NCBI GenBank assembly: GCA_014859265.1
Contig: JACUUN010000250.1
Span: forward strand, 1,240-65,239
Reading direction: 5' to 3'
Length of the DNA stretch: 64,000 bases
Source of the DNA: Coriobacteriia bacterium
Lineage (GTDB): Bacteria; Actinomycetota; Coriobacteriia; Anaerosomatales; SLCP01
The position numbers were made by a program, and so were the translations under genes. The stretch's first letter is position 1. Every line of letters begins with the position of its first letter. The notes under the pieces are model-generated. The model was not told where the DNA came from, did not search any database, and saw only the letters and a list, made by a program, of their open reading frames with translations. This document shows, piece after piece, positions 9,599-19,641 of this stretch.

Positions 9599-10126
9599 CT
9601 AGCCCTCGTACTTCTTGGCGTGGACGCCGCAGTACTTCGAGCCTTCCTTGGCCTTGTTGCCACAGCGCTCGCCATCGTTCTTGACTGCTTCACACTGGGC
9701 TGCAGCGGCCTCGGCTACCGTAACGGCCTCATCAGCTGCCGACGCTTTGGCCTTCTTCTCGGCCTTGGGCCCGGGAGCCTCGGCCTTCGTCGCCTTCCTA
9801 GCAGCAGGCTTGCCGGTGCCGAGAGCGACATCCGTCACCCGCACCCGCGTCTGCTCCTGGCGATGGCCTTTGAGGCGCTTGTAGCCCTTGCGCTTCTTGA
9901 ACTTGAACACGACCGCCTTCTCGCCCCGGAAGTGCTCGAGGACCTCGGCGGTGACGATGGCGGTGGCAAGCGCATCCAAGTCGACGACGATATCTTCGCC
10001 ATCGGCTACGAACAGGACGTCGAAGGTCACGGTCTGGCCGACCTCGGCCGCAAGACGCTCTACGACGGCCTCCGTGCCCTTCTCGACCTTGAGTTGCTTA
10101 CCGCCGGTTGCTACCACAGCGTACAT
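9599..10126 (-). CDS. rplU: 50S ribosomal protein L21 with a long C-terminal extension ending in a Cys3His motif
   Basis: MYAVVATGGKQLKV...KFKKRKGYKRLKGHRQEQT, then about 75 extra residues. Confidence 0.97.
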   Translation of the reverse strand: MYAVVATGGKQLKVEKGTEAVVERLAAEVGQTVTFDVLFVADGEDIVVDLDALATAIVTAEVLEHFRGEKAVVFKFKKRKGYKRLKGHRQEQTRVRVTDVALGTGKPAARKATKAEAPGPKAEKKAKASAADEAVTVAEAAAAQCEAVKNDGERCGNKAKEGSKYCGVHAKKYEG

Positions 10127-10163
10127 CTTTGAACCTCTCACTCGCTTTCATGCGCGAAAGGTT

Positions 10164-10192
10164 ATGCTAGCAGAGGGCCCTAGCAGCGTCAA
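10164..10192 (-). promoter_or_regulatory. Promoter for rplU-rpmA
   Basis: TTGACG (10192-10187), 17-nt spacer, TAGCAT (10169-10164) with an extended TG; overlaps the rng stop. Confidence 0.75.
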
Positions 10193-11691
10193 CGCCGTCT
10201 CAAGCTGTCAAGACTGCGCTTGAGGAATCCGGTCTTGCCCTCGATCAGAACCCTGACCTCCAGCGGCCCGCACTCCACGTCAGGAACAATCGACACCTGT
10301 TTGCGCATCTCCGACTTGAGTCCCGCAACGACATTGACTCCCGGAGACATGAGCAGGTCGTATGTCTCCGGGTGGACCCCGAAGAGGAACGCCGATGAGC
10401 TTCCGCTGAGCAGCAGCTCTCGCAAGCGCCTCTCCACCGCTATGCGGCGGGTGGCCGCAGAGAGGACCCGCCCCTGGCCGTCACAGCGGGGACACATCTC
10501 CGTCATCACACCGAACAGCCCATCAGTCACGTTCTTGCGCGTCATCTCGACCAGGCCGAGTCGCGACATCTCGAGCACACGCGTCTTGGTCCGGTCCCGC
10601 TCGAGAGCGGCATCCAAGCGTCTCATCACCGCCGCACGGTTTGCTACCTGCTCCATGTCGATGAAGTCGATGACGATGATTCCGCCGATGTCCCTCAGGC
10701 GCAGCTGACGTGCAACCTCCTCGGCGGCCTCGAGATTAATCCTCAAGATGGTGTCCTCTAGGTTCTTCCGCCCGACGTACCTGCCGCTGTTTACGTCGAC
10801 GACGGTAAGAGCTTCGGTACGATCGATGGCGATGTGCCCCCCTGATGGGAGCTCCACCACCCGGCGCATCGCTGACTCGATGACCGGCATCAGCCCGTAT
10901 GCGTCGAACAGGGCCCCCCGCTCCCGGAAGTGATTCACGCGTTTCACGAGCTCGGGTGATGTCTTCTTGAGGAAGGACACGACTTTGGCGTACGTCACCT
11001 TGTCATCGACGACGAGCCGCTTGAACCCATCGGAGAACACATCGCGCACAAGGCGGAGAGCCAGATCCATCTCGGTATAGACGACCTCGGGAGCCAGCGC
11101 CTCCTCAGCCTGGTGACTCACCCGTTTCCACAGCCGCAACAGAAACTCGAGATCGGCGGCGATCTCCTTGTCCGTGACCCCTTGCGCAACAGTGCGGACG
11201 ATAGCGCCCACGCCGGGTGGGACGTTCTCCTCGATGACCGTATGCAGACGGTCTCGGTCCTCTTCGGGCAGCTTGCGCGACACACCCACCGAGCTCGAGA
11301 AGGGCAGCAGCACTACAAAACGGCCCGGCAGGGTGATGTCGGTAGTGACGCGCGCCCCCTTGGTTCCCATGGGGTCCTTGAGCACCTGGACGAGCACCTG
11401 CTCGCCGGGTTTGAGCAGCGACGCGACGTCCCGTCGTGAGCCGGGTTCGGACTGCCCGGGACCGACGATCTCGTCGACATAGAGGAACGCGTTTTTGTCC
11501 AGGCCGACGTCAACGAACGCGGCCTGCATACCGGGAAGGACGTCTTTGACCTTGCCAAGGTAGACGTTTCCCACTACCGAGCGCTTCGGCCTCTCAACGT
11601 AGAGCTCGACCAGCTCGTCGTTTTCGAGCAAAGCGACCCGGGTCTCATTGCTATCATGCGAGATGAGCATCTCGCGTTGTACCTCTGTCAC
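10189..11691 (-). CDS. rng: Rne/Rng family ribonuclease
   Basis: VGNVYLGKVKDVLPGMQAAFVDVG (S1 domain), ALTVVDVNSG, LRLRDIGGIIVIDFIDM. Confidence 0.95.
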   Translation of the reverse strand: MTEVQREMLISHDSNETRVALLENDELVELYVERPKRSVVGNVYLGKVKDVLPGMQAAFVDVGLDKNAFLYVDEIVGPGQSEPGSRRDVASLLKPGEQVLVQVLKDPMGTKGARVTTDITLPGRFVVLLPFSSSVGVSRKLPEEDRDRLHTVIEENVPPGVGAIVRTVAQGVTDKEIAADLEFLLRLWKRVSHQAEEALAPEVVYTEMDLALRLVRDVFSDGFKRLVVDDKVTYAKVVSFLKKTSPELVKRVNHFRERGALFDAYGLMPVIESAMRRVVELPSGGHIAIDRTEALTVVDVNSGRYVGRKNLEDTILRINLEAAEEVARQLRLRDIGGIIVIDFIDMEQVANRAAVMRRLDAALERDRTKTRVLEMSRLGLVEMTRKNVTDGLFGVMTEMCPRCDGQGRVLSAATRRIAVERRLRELLLSGSSSAFLFGVHPETYDLLMSPGVNVVAGLKSEMRKQVSIVPDVECGPLEVRVLIEGKTGFLKRSLDSLRRR

Positions 11692-11703
11692 AACGGTCTC
11701 CCG

Positions 11704-12393
11704 TCACAGGGGACGCCGCAGAACACCCTCCTCCTCTATCAGGATGTCCGTGCGCGTCACCGATACGACGGCACCGTCACAGGGAACGCGCGAGAGGGCC
11801 TCGGTGAGAAGCACATCCGGTCGCAGCGAGCCCTCCTGACCCATCCGGGTAGTGACCTCGAGAATGACTGGCGGCCCGCACGACCTCACGCGTGCCTCTT
11901 CCGGGAGGCTGCGCGCCAGGTCGAAAACCTTGATCTTGCCTTTGTGCTCCACCTCGAGACGTCCTTCACCTACCACAGTGACGAGCGCCTTTTCAATCAG
12001 CTCGGCAGTCACGCCCTCCCCTCCGACCGCTACCTCGTACCGGGCTACCGTCGCAGCGGCCGTGAGCGACGGTCCCTTCTCGTGCACGTACCGGGCCTCG
12101 GCCACCCGAAGGTCGGGCGGTGTCGCGCTTCCCAGGCGCTCAAGCGCTTCAGGCGCGGGCACGGGTTGTGTGAGCCACACGTCGAAGTACTCCCGCTCGC
12201 CTGCAGTCCCTACCGGAAGCGCTGGCCCGAACGCTGCCTTCATGCGCGGGCTGAAACCTTTCGTGACAGCATACGGCAAAGCCGCCCTGCGTGCCGAGCG
12301 CTCGAGCGCGCGCATCACCTCTAGGTGCGACAGGAACCGCGCCCGGCCGGCCTTCGCGTAGCAGACCCTCAACCGGAACTCACCGGCGGCCAC
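11704..12393 (-). CDS. TIGR03936/DUF2344 radical SAM-associated protein
   Basis: GTG 12393 with GGAGG RBS; RFLSHLEVMRALERSARRA...GFSPRMKAAFGPALPVG; directly follows the TIGR03960-type gene. Confidence 0.85.
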   Translation of the reverse strand: MAAGEFRLRVCYAKAGRARFLSHLEVMRALERSARRAALPYAVTKGFSPRMKAAFGPALPVGTAGEREYFDVWLTQPVPAPEALERLGSATPPDLRVAEARYVHEKGPSLTAAATVARYEVAVGGEGVTAELIEKALVTVVGEGRLEVEHKGKIKVFDLARSLPEEARVRSCGPPVILEVTTRMGQEGSLRPDVLLTEALSRVPCDGAVVSVTRTDILIEEEGVLRRPL

Positions 12394-14233
12394 GCGACTC
12401 ACCTCCCAGTACGATGTCGACACCGAGCGTCCCGCAGGCGTCACACCCCGTGCAGCCGTCGAAGCTACAGTCAACGGTGGTTACGCCCGCGACGGCCCGC
12501 TCACGCTCGAGCCAGAGGTACCGCTCGGAGACACCCGACGAGATATGCCTCCACGGAAGCCGCTCGTCACGCTCGTAGGACTGCGAAGCGATCGCGTCGG
12601 CATCCAGGCCCGCCGAGACGAACGCCTCGCGCCATGTGGCAAGATCGAAGCGCTCGCTCCATGCATCGAAGCGCGCACCCGCGCGCCACGCGTGCTCGAT
12701 CGCCTCCGAAACCTCACGGCCACCCCGGGCAATGACCCCTTCCAGGAAGGAGACCTCCGCGTCGTGCCACGAGAGGTCGATACCCTTGCGGGGCATCGCC
12801 GAGCGCAGGACCTCCTGCCGGCGGAAGATATCCTCCACCGGCACCTGGCCCTCCCACTGGAACGGCGTGTGCGCCTTCGGAACAAACGTCGAGACCGACA
12901 CGCTGATTCGAACCGATCCGCGATCCGAGGCGGGAGCGGCCCCGCGTGCGGCCCGCTGCACGCGGGTCACCAGGTCGCCGATGCCCACGATGTCCTCGTC
13001 GGTCTCGGTCGGCAACCCGATCATGAAGTAGAGCTTCACCCGCCTCCACCCGGCGGCAAATGCGCGGGAGACCGTCTCGATGAGGTCGTCCTCGGACACG
13101 TTCTTGTTGATGACGTCCCTCAATCGCTGCGTTCCCGCCTCGGGGGCGAAGGTGAGGCCCGACTTGCGTCCGCCCGAGGCGAGTCGCGCCATCGACACGC
13201 TGAACGCGTCGACGCGCAGGCTCGGAAGAGAGATCGTGACCCCTGTTCCCTCGAGCCTGCTAGTGAGGCGCCTCAGCACCTCCTCGAGCTGACTGTGATC
13301 CGTCGTCGAGAGCGACGTCAGGGACACCTCATCGTGGCCGGTGCACCGCAGGCCCTCCATGACGTCGCGGATGATGTCATCAGCAGTGCGCTCCCTCACG
13401 GGCCGGTAGACCATCCCAGCCTGGCAGAATCGGCATCCCCGCGTGCATCCACGCAGCACCTCCACGGTGAAGCGGTCGTGAACGACATCCATGTACGGCA
13501 CGACCGGGCACACCGGCGGCCGATGTTCGCCGAGGTCGCCGAGGGCCCGCTTCGTCACCAGGGAAGGCGCCGTTCCCACGGGTTCGACTCCCCCGCCCGC
13601 GGCGGAACGATAGAACTGGGGAACGTACACACCCGGCAACCCGGCGAAGCGTTCGAGCACCTCATCCCGCGAGGCTCCCGAACGCTTCGCTTCCAGGTGT
13701 GCTCTGGCGATGTCGACAACTGCGTCCTCGCCCTCGCCGATCAGGATAGCGTCGAAGAAACGCGCCACCGGCTCGGGGTTGTACGCGCACGGCCCGCCAC
13801 CCACGACGAGCGGGTGACCCTCACTGCGGTCGGCGGCATTGAGCGGGATTCCGGCCAGGTCAAGGGCTTCGAGCACGTTGGTGTAGGTGAGTTCGTAGGG
13901 CAAGGTGATGCCGAACAGGTCGAACCCGGCCACCGGCGAGCAGGATTCCAGCGAGAAAAGCGGCACCTCCGCCGCGCGCATCCGTGCGGCCATGTCGACC
14001 CACGGAATGTACGCGCGCTCGGCAGAGAGGCCCTCCGTCGAGTTCAGGCGATCGTAGAGAATCGCCAGGCCCTGATTGGCCTGCCCTACCTCGTAGGTAT
14101 CCGGGTAGAGCAGGACCGAGCGGTGCTCGGTGTCGGTGACACGGCGTGCGCCCCATTCACTATCGATGTAGCGAACTGGGCGCTCGACGCACGCAAGCAG
14201 CGTCTCGACACGCTGCCAGAGCTCAGGGCCCAC
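12380..14233 (-). CDS. TIGR03960-family radical SAM protein
   Basis: GTG 14233; VERPVRYIDSE, YPDTYEVG, VEVLRGCTRGCRFCQAG (CxxxCxxC), VKLYFMIGLPTET, FVPKAHTPFQW; C-terminal CSFDGCTGCDAC. Confidence 0.9.
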   Translation of the reverse strand: MGPELWQRVETLLACVERPVRYIDSEWGARRVTDTEHRSVLLYPDTYEVGQANQGLAILYDRLNSTEGLSAERAYIPWVDMAARMRAAEVPLFSLESCSPVAGFDLFGITLPYELTYTNVLEALDLAGIPLNAADRSEGHPLVVGGGPCAYNPEPVARFFDAILIGEGEDAVVDIARAHLEAKRSGASRDEVLERFAGLPGVYVPQFYRSAAGGGVEPVGTAPSLVTKRALGDLGEHRPPVCPVVPYMDVVHDRFTVEVLRGCTRGCRFCQAGMVYRPVRERTADDIIRDVMEGLRCTGHDEVSLTSLSTTDHSQLEEVLRRLTSRLEGTGVTISLPSLRVDAFSVSMARLASGGRKSGLTFAPEAGTQRLRDVINKNVSEDDLIETVSRAFAAGWRRVKLYFMIGLPTETDEDIVGIGDLVTRVQRAARGAAPASDRGSVRISVSVSTFVPKAHTPFQWEGQVPVEDIFRRQEVLRSAMPRKGIDLSWHDAEVSFLEGVIARGGREVSEAIEHAWRAGARFDAWSERFDLATWREAFVSAGLDADAIASQSYERDERLPWRHISSGVSERYLWLERERAVAGVTTVDCSFDGCTGCDACGTLGVDIVLGGESRGRR

Positions 14234-15188
14234 TGTGCTCGTCGGCCTCGAGGGGGTGACGCGCCTCGGCAAGCTCGGACGCCGTGCTCTTGAGCGTGCG
14301 GCGATCGGTTCTGATGCGCTCGATGGCGGCGTCGCGGACCTCGACCAGTCGACCGGCGATCTCCGACAGACCGAAACCCTCTTCGAAGTGGGTGATGGCC
14401 GCCTTGCCCATGGCAATCGTACCCCCATAGCCGATAGCGCCCTTGACCGCCCAGCCGAAGCCGGGAACGAACACGAGCAGCTGGCGCGCCACAGCCCGCA
14501 GGGCGAACCCCCCACCGACTACCGCTGCAAGCTCCTTGACGCGGTCGGCACCGAGACTCTGACCGTAGGCGGCGGCAATCTGCAGAAGCATCTTGCCCTG
14601 GTTCAGCGTCATGAGCGGCATGTCCGCGCCCGGGATGATCATCACCGCCCCGATAAGTGCGTTCTGCATGGCGGTCGCCTTGACAGCCTCGTCCGCGACA
14701 GCCTTCCGCATGAACGTGAAGTTGTGCGCAAGCGCGAGCCGCTTCGCGGAGAGCCGCTCCACGAGCCATGCGGCCACCTCGGAATCGACAGCACGCTCGG
14801 CCTCGGATGCTGCAACCGTGTCCGCATAGGGGTGGGCAGCGCACTCGGCGACGTCCCCCACACTGTCGGCCAGCCCCACCGCGAGCGCAGGGATCGCCCG
14901 CTCCCGGGCCTCGGCCAGCGTCGCCGCGATACCCGAACAGCCGCTGCCCACGACGGCGATGACCACGTCACTGGTGTCGCGAAGCGCCACACGCACATCC
15001 GGCTCGGCTACTTCGATCTGCAGCAGCGCGCCCGACGTGTTGGGCCTGAAGCGATCCCGAACGCTATCGATGAGCGCGTCCGGAGCGTCGGGCTCGACGA
15101 TGATGACGATGCGGAGCGGTTTCTCCCGCTCCGCGTTGATCTTTGAGCTCGAGCGGAGCAGATCCAGGACGTTGATCGGTAGGGCCAC
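14223..15188 (-). CDS. DUF697-like membrane-associated protein
   Basis: GTG 15188 with GAGGAGG RBS; C-terminal IPGADMPLMTLNQGKMLLQIAAAYG...VPGFGWAVKGAIG resembles DUF697. Confidence 0.7.
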   Translation of the reverse strand: MALPINVLDLLRSSSKINAEREKPLRIVIIVEPDAPDALIDSVRDRFRPNTSGALLQIEVAEPDVRVALRDTSDVVIAVVGSGCSGIAATLAEARERAIPALAVGLADSVGDVAECAAHPYADTVAASEAERAVDSEVAAWLVERLSAKRLALAHNFTFMRKAVADEAVKATAMQNALIGAVMIIPGADMPLMTLNQGKMLLQIAAAYGQSLGADRVKELAAVVGGGFALRAVARQLLVFVPGFGWAVKGAIGYGGTIAMGKAAITHFEEGFGLSEIAGRLVEVRDAAIERIRTDRRTLKSTASELAEARHPLEADEHSGP

Positions 15189-15217
15189 GGGGATTTCCCC
15201 TCCTCGGACAGACGATG

Positions 15218-16330
15218 TCAGACGCCAGAGCGCCTCGCCCATACGGAAAGAAGCATACCCGTTCCGGCGAGGTTCGTGATCATGAACGACGAGCCAAAAC
15301 TCATGAAGGGCAGCGGGATACCGGTGATGGGCATGAGCCCCATCGTCATCCCCATGTTCTGGAGTATCTGGAACGTCCACATGCTGATGAGACCAACGGC
15401 GATCAGAGAGCCGAAGAGATCACGTGAGGATGTCGAGATCTCGAGTGCGGTCATCAGGAGGGCGAGATACAAGCCAAGCAACATGACGGACCCGGTGAAG
15501 CCGAGCTCCTCGCCGAGTACTGAGAAGATGAAGTCCGTATGCCGTTCCGGCAGAAAATTCAGATTCGACTGGGTACCCTGACCGAGGCCTTTTCCCGTAA
15601 GCCCGCCGGACCCGATCGCGATCTTGGACTGTTCGAGATTGTAGCCAGCGCCACGAGGATCACGATCCGGCTGGATGAAGACGAGCAACCGGTCCTCCTG
15701 GTACTGCGCCAGGAAGCCGCCCTTGAAGATCACGCCGACCCCGATCACGCCGACAAGCGCGAACACAAGAAACCACTTCGGCTTCACTCCTCCGACCAGC
15801 AGCACCCCCATCGTGATGGCAATGAAGACGAGTCCTGTACCAAGATCCGGCTGGAGCAGGATGAGGCCGAACGGTAGTGCCAGGTATGCGAGCACGCGCA
15901 TCACGTCGCGTGGCCGCTCGATGACACCCTTGAACTGGGAGATAACGATAGCCATGATCACGATCGTCACGAGCTTGGCCGGCTCGGACGGCTGGAACAG
16001 CCGTACACCAGCGATCTCCAGCCACGCCGTGGCCCCCTTTGCCTCCCCGCCGAGGCCCGGGATGCGCGGGCTTACGATGAGCAGCGCGTTGAAGACGACG
16101 AGCGGGCCGAGCCAACCCTCAAGCCGCTTGTAGTCGAGAGTCCACATCAGCGCGAGCGCTACGAAGCCGAGAGCCATGCCGAAGAGCTGCCGCTGGAACA
16201 TGGCACTCCCCGCCGAGAAGCCCGAGATAGCCGAGTGCACGACAACAGCACCGTAGAGAAGCAACAGCGCGACGGTGAGCAGGAGGGGCAGGTTCGCCCA
16301 CTTACGGACGCCCGCAACCCTGGAGGTCAT
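15218..16330 (-). CDS. rodA: Rod shape-determining protein RodA (SEDS family)
   Basis: FQPSEPAK, LLQPDLGT, GYNLEQSKIAIGSGG, LPERHTDFIF, GIPLPFMSFG; ATG 16330. Confidence 0.96.
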   Translation of the reverse strand: MTSRVAGVRKWANLPLLLTVALLLLYGAVVVHSAISGFSAGSAMFQRQLFGMALGFVALALMWTLDYKRLEGWLGPLVVFNALLIVSPRIPGLGGEAKGATAWLEIAGVRLFQPSEPAKLVTIVIMAIVISQFKGVIERPRDVMRVLAYLALPFGLILLQPDLGTGLVFIAITMGVLLVGGVKPKWFLVFALVGVIGVGVIFKGGFLAQYQEDRLLVFIQPDRDPRGAGYNLEQSKIAIGSGGLTGKGLGQGTQSNLNFLPERHTDFIFSVLGEELGFTGSVMLLGLYLALLMTALEISTSSRDLFGSLIAVGLISMWTFQILQNMGMTMGLMPITGIPLPFMSFGSSFMITNLAGTGMLLSVWARRSGV

Positions 16331-16337
16331 GCGGGCG

Positions 16338-18194
16338 TCACCTCGAGACATCGGTCGCCTGCACATGTTCGACGGGCAAGCCGAGGAGCACCGCCAGTAT
16401 CTCCCGGGCCGCAGGAGCAGCGACGGCTCCGCCGTGCCCGCCCTGTTCAATCACCACTGCGACTGCGTACCGGGGGTCGTCGGCGGGCGCGTATGCGGTA
16501 AACCACGCGTAGTCATCCTTGCCGGCGACCTCCGCGGTCCCCGTCTTACCTGCGACGCGCGCACCGAAGCCGCGGAAAGCGCTGACACCGGTGCCCGATT
16601 CGGTCACCGCCAGCAGGGAGTTGTGCATCGCACGCAGCGTCTCGGGGGAGACCTCGGCCGCGAAGGCCACCTCGGGCTCGTAGCTGCGCACAGCCTCACC
16701 CTTGGAGTCCAGGACCTCTTTGAGCACATGCGGCCGCATGACGTTACCCTCATTGGCGATTCCGGCAAAGGCGGCCACCATCTGGAGGGGAGTCGTGAGC
16801 AGGTCGCCCTGTCCAATCGCCATGTTCACCGTATCGCCAGGCAACCACTGCCGGTATTCGGGATAGTTGGCGTTGAACTCGGCCTTCCACGCAGCGTCGG
16901 GCACTCGGCCGGCCACCTCACCCGGAAGATCGATCCCTAACGGTGAGCCGATCCCGAAACGCCGTGAGAACGCCTGCAGCTCCTCGCGGTCGCGCTTGTA
17001 GAACTCGTAGCCGATCTCGTAGAAAACGACATCGCAGCTATCGGCCACGCCACGCGTGAACCTGATGCGGCCGTGCCCCCTGCGGTTCCAGCAGAACTTC
17101 GACCACTCCTCACCCATTCCGGTCCAGCGGCCCTCGCAGTAGTACGAATGGCCGAGCGAGGTGACGCCGTACTCAAGACCGGCCATCCCCGTGATGGCTT
17201 TGAAGGTCGATGCCGGAGGATAGGCCGCCTGAATCGCGCGGTTGTTGAGCGGATACTCGCTATCCTTCGCGTTCAGCGCCTCCCAGTCGCGCATGCTGAT
17301 GCCGCCGATGAACAGAGCGGGATCGTAGGTGGGCACGCTCGCCATGGCCAGCACTTCACCGGTACGGACGTCAACCGCGACCGCCGCCCCCGCACGGGCA
17401 TTCTTGAAGTCGTCGGCCCTCGCCTCGGCAAGCGCCCCCAGCAGTGCCTCCTCAGCGACCTGCTGGACCTTGAGGTCGAGCGTGAGCACTACATCCCGTC
17501 CGGCAACCGGCTCGGCCTCCTCAAGGACGTGTCTCGGTGACCCCACGGCATCGACCTCGACGCGCCGATACCCCTTCTCACCCCGTAGCACCGACTCGAA
17601 TTGGCGCTCCGCACCCGACTTGCCCACGAGGTCCCCGAGGACGTAGCCCTCCATCTCGCCTGAGTTCAGACTCTCCTCGGAGATCTCGCCCGTATAGCCG
17701 AGCACGTGAGCCGCAAGGACCCCGTGGGGATACTCGCGCACCGGCACGACCGAAACCTCGACACCCCCGAACTCGGATTGGTGCTCGGCCAGGTACGCGA
17801 CCGTGGGCATAGGGACGTCGAGCGCCACGAGGCGGGGTTTCAGCGCGGCCTCCCGTGTTGAGGTCACCCGCTCCAGGACGTCAGCGAGAGGCATATCGAG
17901 TACGACAGAGAGCCGGTAGAGCATCTCCTCGTCCTCTTTGACAGAGGGCGAAACCGTGACGCCCAGCGTAGCCCTGTTCGTCACGAGTGGCTCGCCGTTT
18001 CTGTCGAGGATACGCCCGCGGGGTGCGTCGACGGTGATCTCGCGGACCCGGTTGTTCTCTGCGGCGGCCGCGAAGCGGTCACCGGAGAGCACCTGCATGC
18101 TCCACGCACGCACGAGCAGGACTCCGAGCACGCTCAGGAAGAGGATGCCGAGCGCCGCGTATCGGGGCTTGAGTCGTTCGTGAAAGGTGGCCAC
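16338..18194 (-). CDS. mrdA: Penicillin-binding protein 2
   Basis: GTG 18194 with GGAG RBS; APRGRILDRNG, PASTFK (SxxK), SCD (SxN-type), GKTGTAE (KTG). Confidence 0.95.
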   Translation of the reverse strand: MATFHERLKPRYAALGILFLSVLGVLLVRAWSMQVLSGDRFAAAAENNRVREITVDAPRGRILDRNGEPLVTNRATLGVTVSPSVKEDEEMLYRLSVVLDMPLADVLERVTSTREAALKPRLVALDVPMPTVAYLAEHQSEFGGVEVSVVPVREYPHGVLAAHVLGYTGEISEESLNSGEMEGYVLGDLVGKSGAERQFESVLRGEKGYRRVEVDAVGSPRHVLEEAEPVAGRDVVLTLDLKVQQVAEEALLGALAEARADDFKNARAGAAVAVDVRTGEVLAMASVPTYDPALFIGGISMRDWEALNAKDSEYPLNNRAIQAAYPPASTFKAITGMAGLEYGVTSLGHSYYCEGRWTGMGEEWSKFCWNRRGHGRIRFTRGVADSCDVVFYEIGYEFYKRDREELQAFSRRFGIGSPLGIDLPGEVAGRVPDAAWKAEFNANYPEYRQWLPGDTVNMAIGQGDLLTTPLQMVAAFAGIANEGNVMRPHVLKEVLDSKGEAVRSYEPEVAFAAEVSPETLRAMHNSLLAVTESGTGVSAFRGFGARVAGKTGTAEVAGKDDYAWFTAYAPADDPRYAVAVVIEQGGHGGAVAAPAAREILAVLLGLPVEHVQATDVSR

Positions 18195-18256
18195 GTATCT
18201 GGCTCCAAAAGGCTGTATGAAGGGCGTCCCGATATCGGGAACGACGCGCCCGGCTC

Positions 18257-18766
18257 CTACGCCAGACGACGGAAGGTGGTCATCGGCTTCTCGCTTCGCA
18301 AGAAGCGCGCCACCCATGGGTAGACGAGTACGGCTAAAGCCGAATTATACAACGCGGCGGGGAAAGCCAGCTTGACGACGCCCCCCACACTGATCCCGCC
18401 TTCGCCGAGAACAGCCAGCACGAAGACGTACGCCGCCTCGGCTGTGAGGCTCGCGAAGAAGACGACCACGAGCGGCACAAGCCACCCGTCGGCGAAGGTA
18501 TTCTCCTGTATCGATCCGGCGGCGAAGCCGACGACACAGAACACGAGCGCCCCCGGACCGATGGGAGCGGTGCCCAGGAGATCGAAGAGCAGTCCTGCAG
18601 CGAATCCGCTCACCATGCCGGCACGAGGGCCCTTCACAAGCGCAACGGTAACAGCTGCGAGAAGCAGCGCGTTCGGCATGACACCAGCGAGCGCGATGTA
18701 GGGCACCAGGCCTACCTGGACAATCAGGGCGGCAACAATCGTGGTGAGCGGGATGAGCCGGTTCAC
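18257..18766 (-). CDS. mreD: Rod shape-determining protein MreD
   Basis: Hydrophobic 169-aa protein between mreC and mrdA; GFAAGLLFDLL. Confidence 0.9.
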   Translation of the reverse strand: MNRLIPLTTIVAALIVQVGLVPYIALAGVMPNALLLAAVTVALVKGPRAGMVSGFAAGLLFDLLGTAPIGPGALVFCVVGFAAGSIQENTFADGWLVPLVVVFFASLTAEAAYVFVLAVLGEGGISVGGVVKLAFPAALYNSALAVLVYPWVARFLRSEKPMTTFRRLA

Positions 18767-19623
18767 TCTCCACCTCTCGTCGCTTCGGGTCCAACGGGCA
18801 CGCCGATAAGCACGACGACCTCCTCGAGACCCGTGAGGTCAGCACTCGGCCGTACCTGTATGCGGGGGAAGAGATCCGCGTCGTTGAGCTGCACGTCGGA
18901 GACCTCACCGATGAGTAGGCCCTTCGGATAGACCCCGCCCATGCCCGATGTGAGCACGACGTCTCCGACCGTCACGGTGCTCTCACGGCTGACGTAATCG
19001 AGGGTGATCTCGCCCTCGATGGAACCGTTGACGACACCCTCCGCGCGTGTTGACTGCAGCATCGCCCCGACACCGCTTCTCTGGTCCGTGATCAGCCGGA
19101 CCCGGGCGCTGTGCTGGACCGACTCGACAATCTGACCTATCAGCCCCTGAGCAGCCAGAACGGGCATGCCCGTTTGAACGCCCTCGGCCGTACCACGGTC
19201 GATAGTGATGGTGCCCTCCCAGAGCGTGGCAGGTTTGCCGATTACCCGCGCGCCAACAACATCGAGCTCGCGTGCCTCGACGAATCCTACGAGTTCACGT
19301 AGGCGCTCGTTCTCCTGACGCGCCTCCTCGAGGGCGGCGAGGCGTTGACGCATCTCCTCGTTCTGCCGACGAAGGGCCTCGAGGTCGCTGCGCGAGATTG
19401 CAAGATCACCGACCCACACGCCGACCGATCTGAAGGGCGAAGTAGCCGCGTATCCGACCCGGCCGACGGGCGCGAGCGCCGCTTGCACACCACGCCGGGC
19501 CGTGTGGAGCGGACCGCCGATCCCTTCGCGAAAGTAGATGGTGATGAGGACGAATGCAAAGACTAGGAGAAGGGCGAGTATCCACCCGTCTCCGCCCGTC
19601 TTCTCACGCTGGGAGATGCGCAC
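18763..19623 (-). CDS. mreC: Rod shape-determining protein MreC
   Basis: TM helix, coiled coil (ENERLRELVGF), GLIGQIV, VLTSGMGGVYPKGLLIG. Confidence 0.95.
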   Translation of the reverse strand: MRISQREKTGGDGWILALLLVFAFVLITIYFREGIGGPLHTARRGVQAALAPVGRVGYAATSPFRSVGVWVGDLAISRSDLEALRRQNEEMRQRLAALEEARQENERLRELVGFVEARELDVVGARVIGKPATLWEGTITIDRGTAEGVQTGMPVLAAQGLIGQIVESVQHSARVRLITDQRSGVGAMLQSTRAEGVVNGSIEGEITLDYVSRESTVTVGDVVLTSGMGGVYPKGLLIGEVSDVQLNDADLFPRIQVRPSADLTGLEEVVVLIGVPVGPEATRGGE

Positions 19624-19641
19624 CGCCGAGACGAGCCTCCC

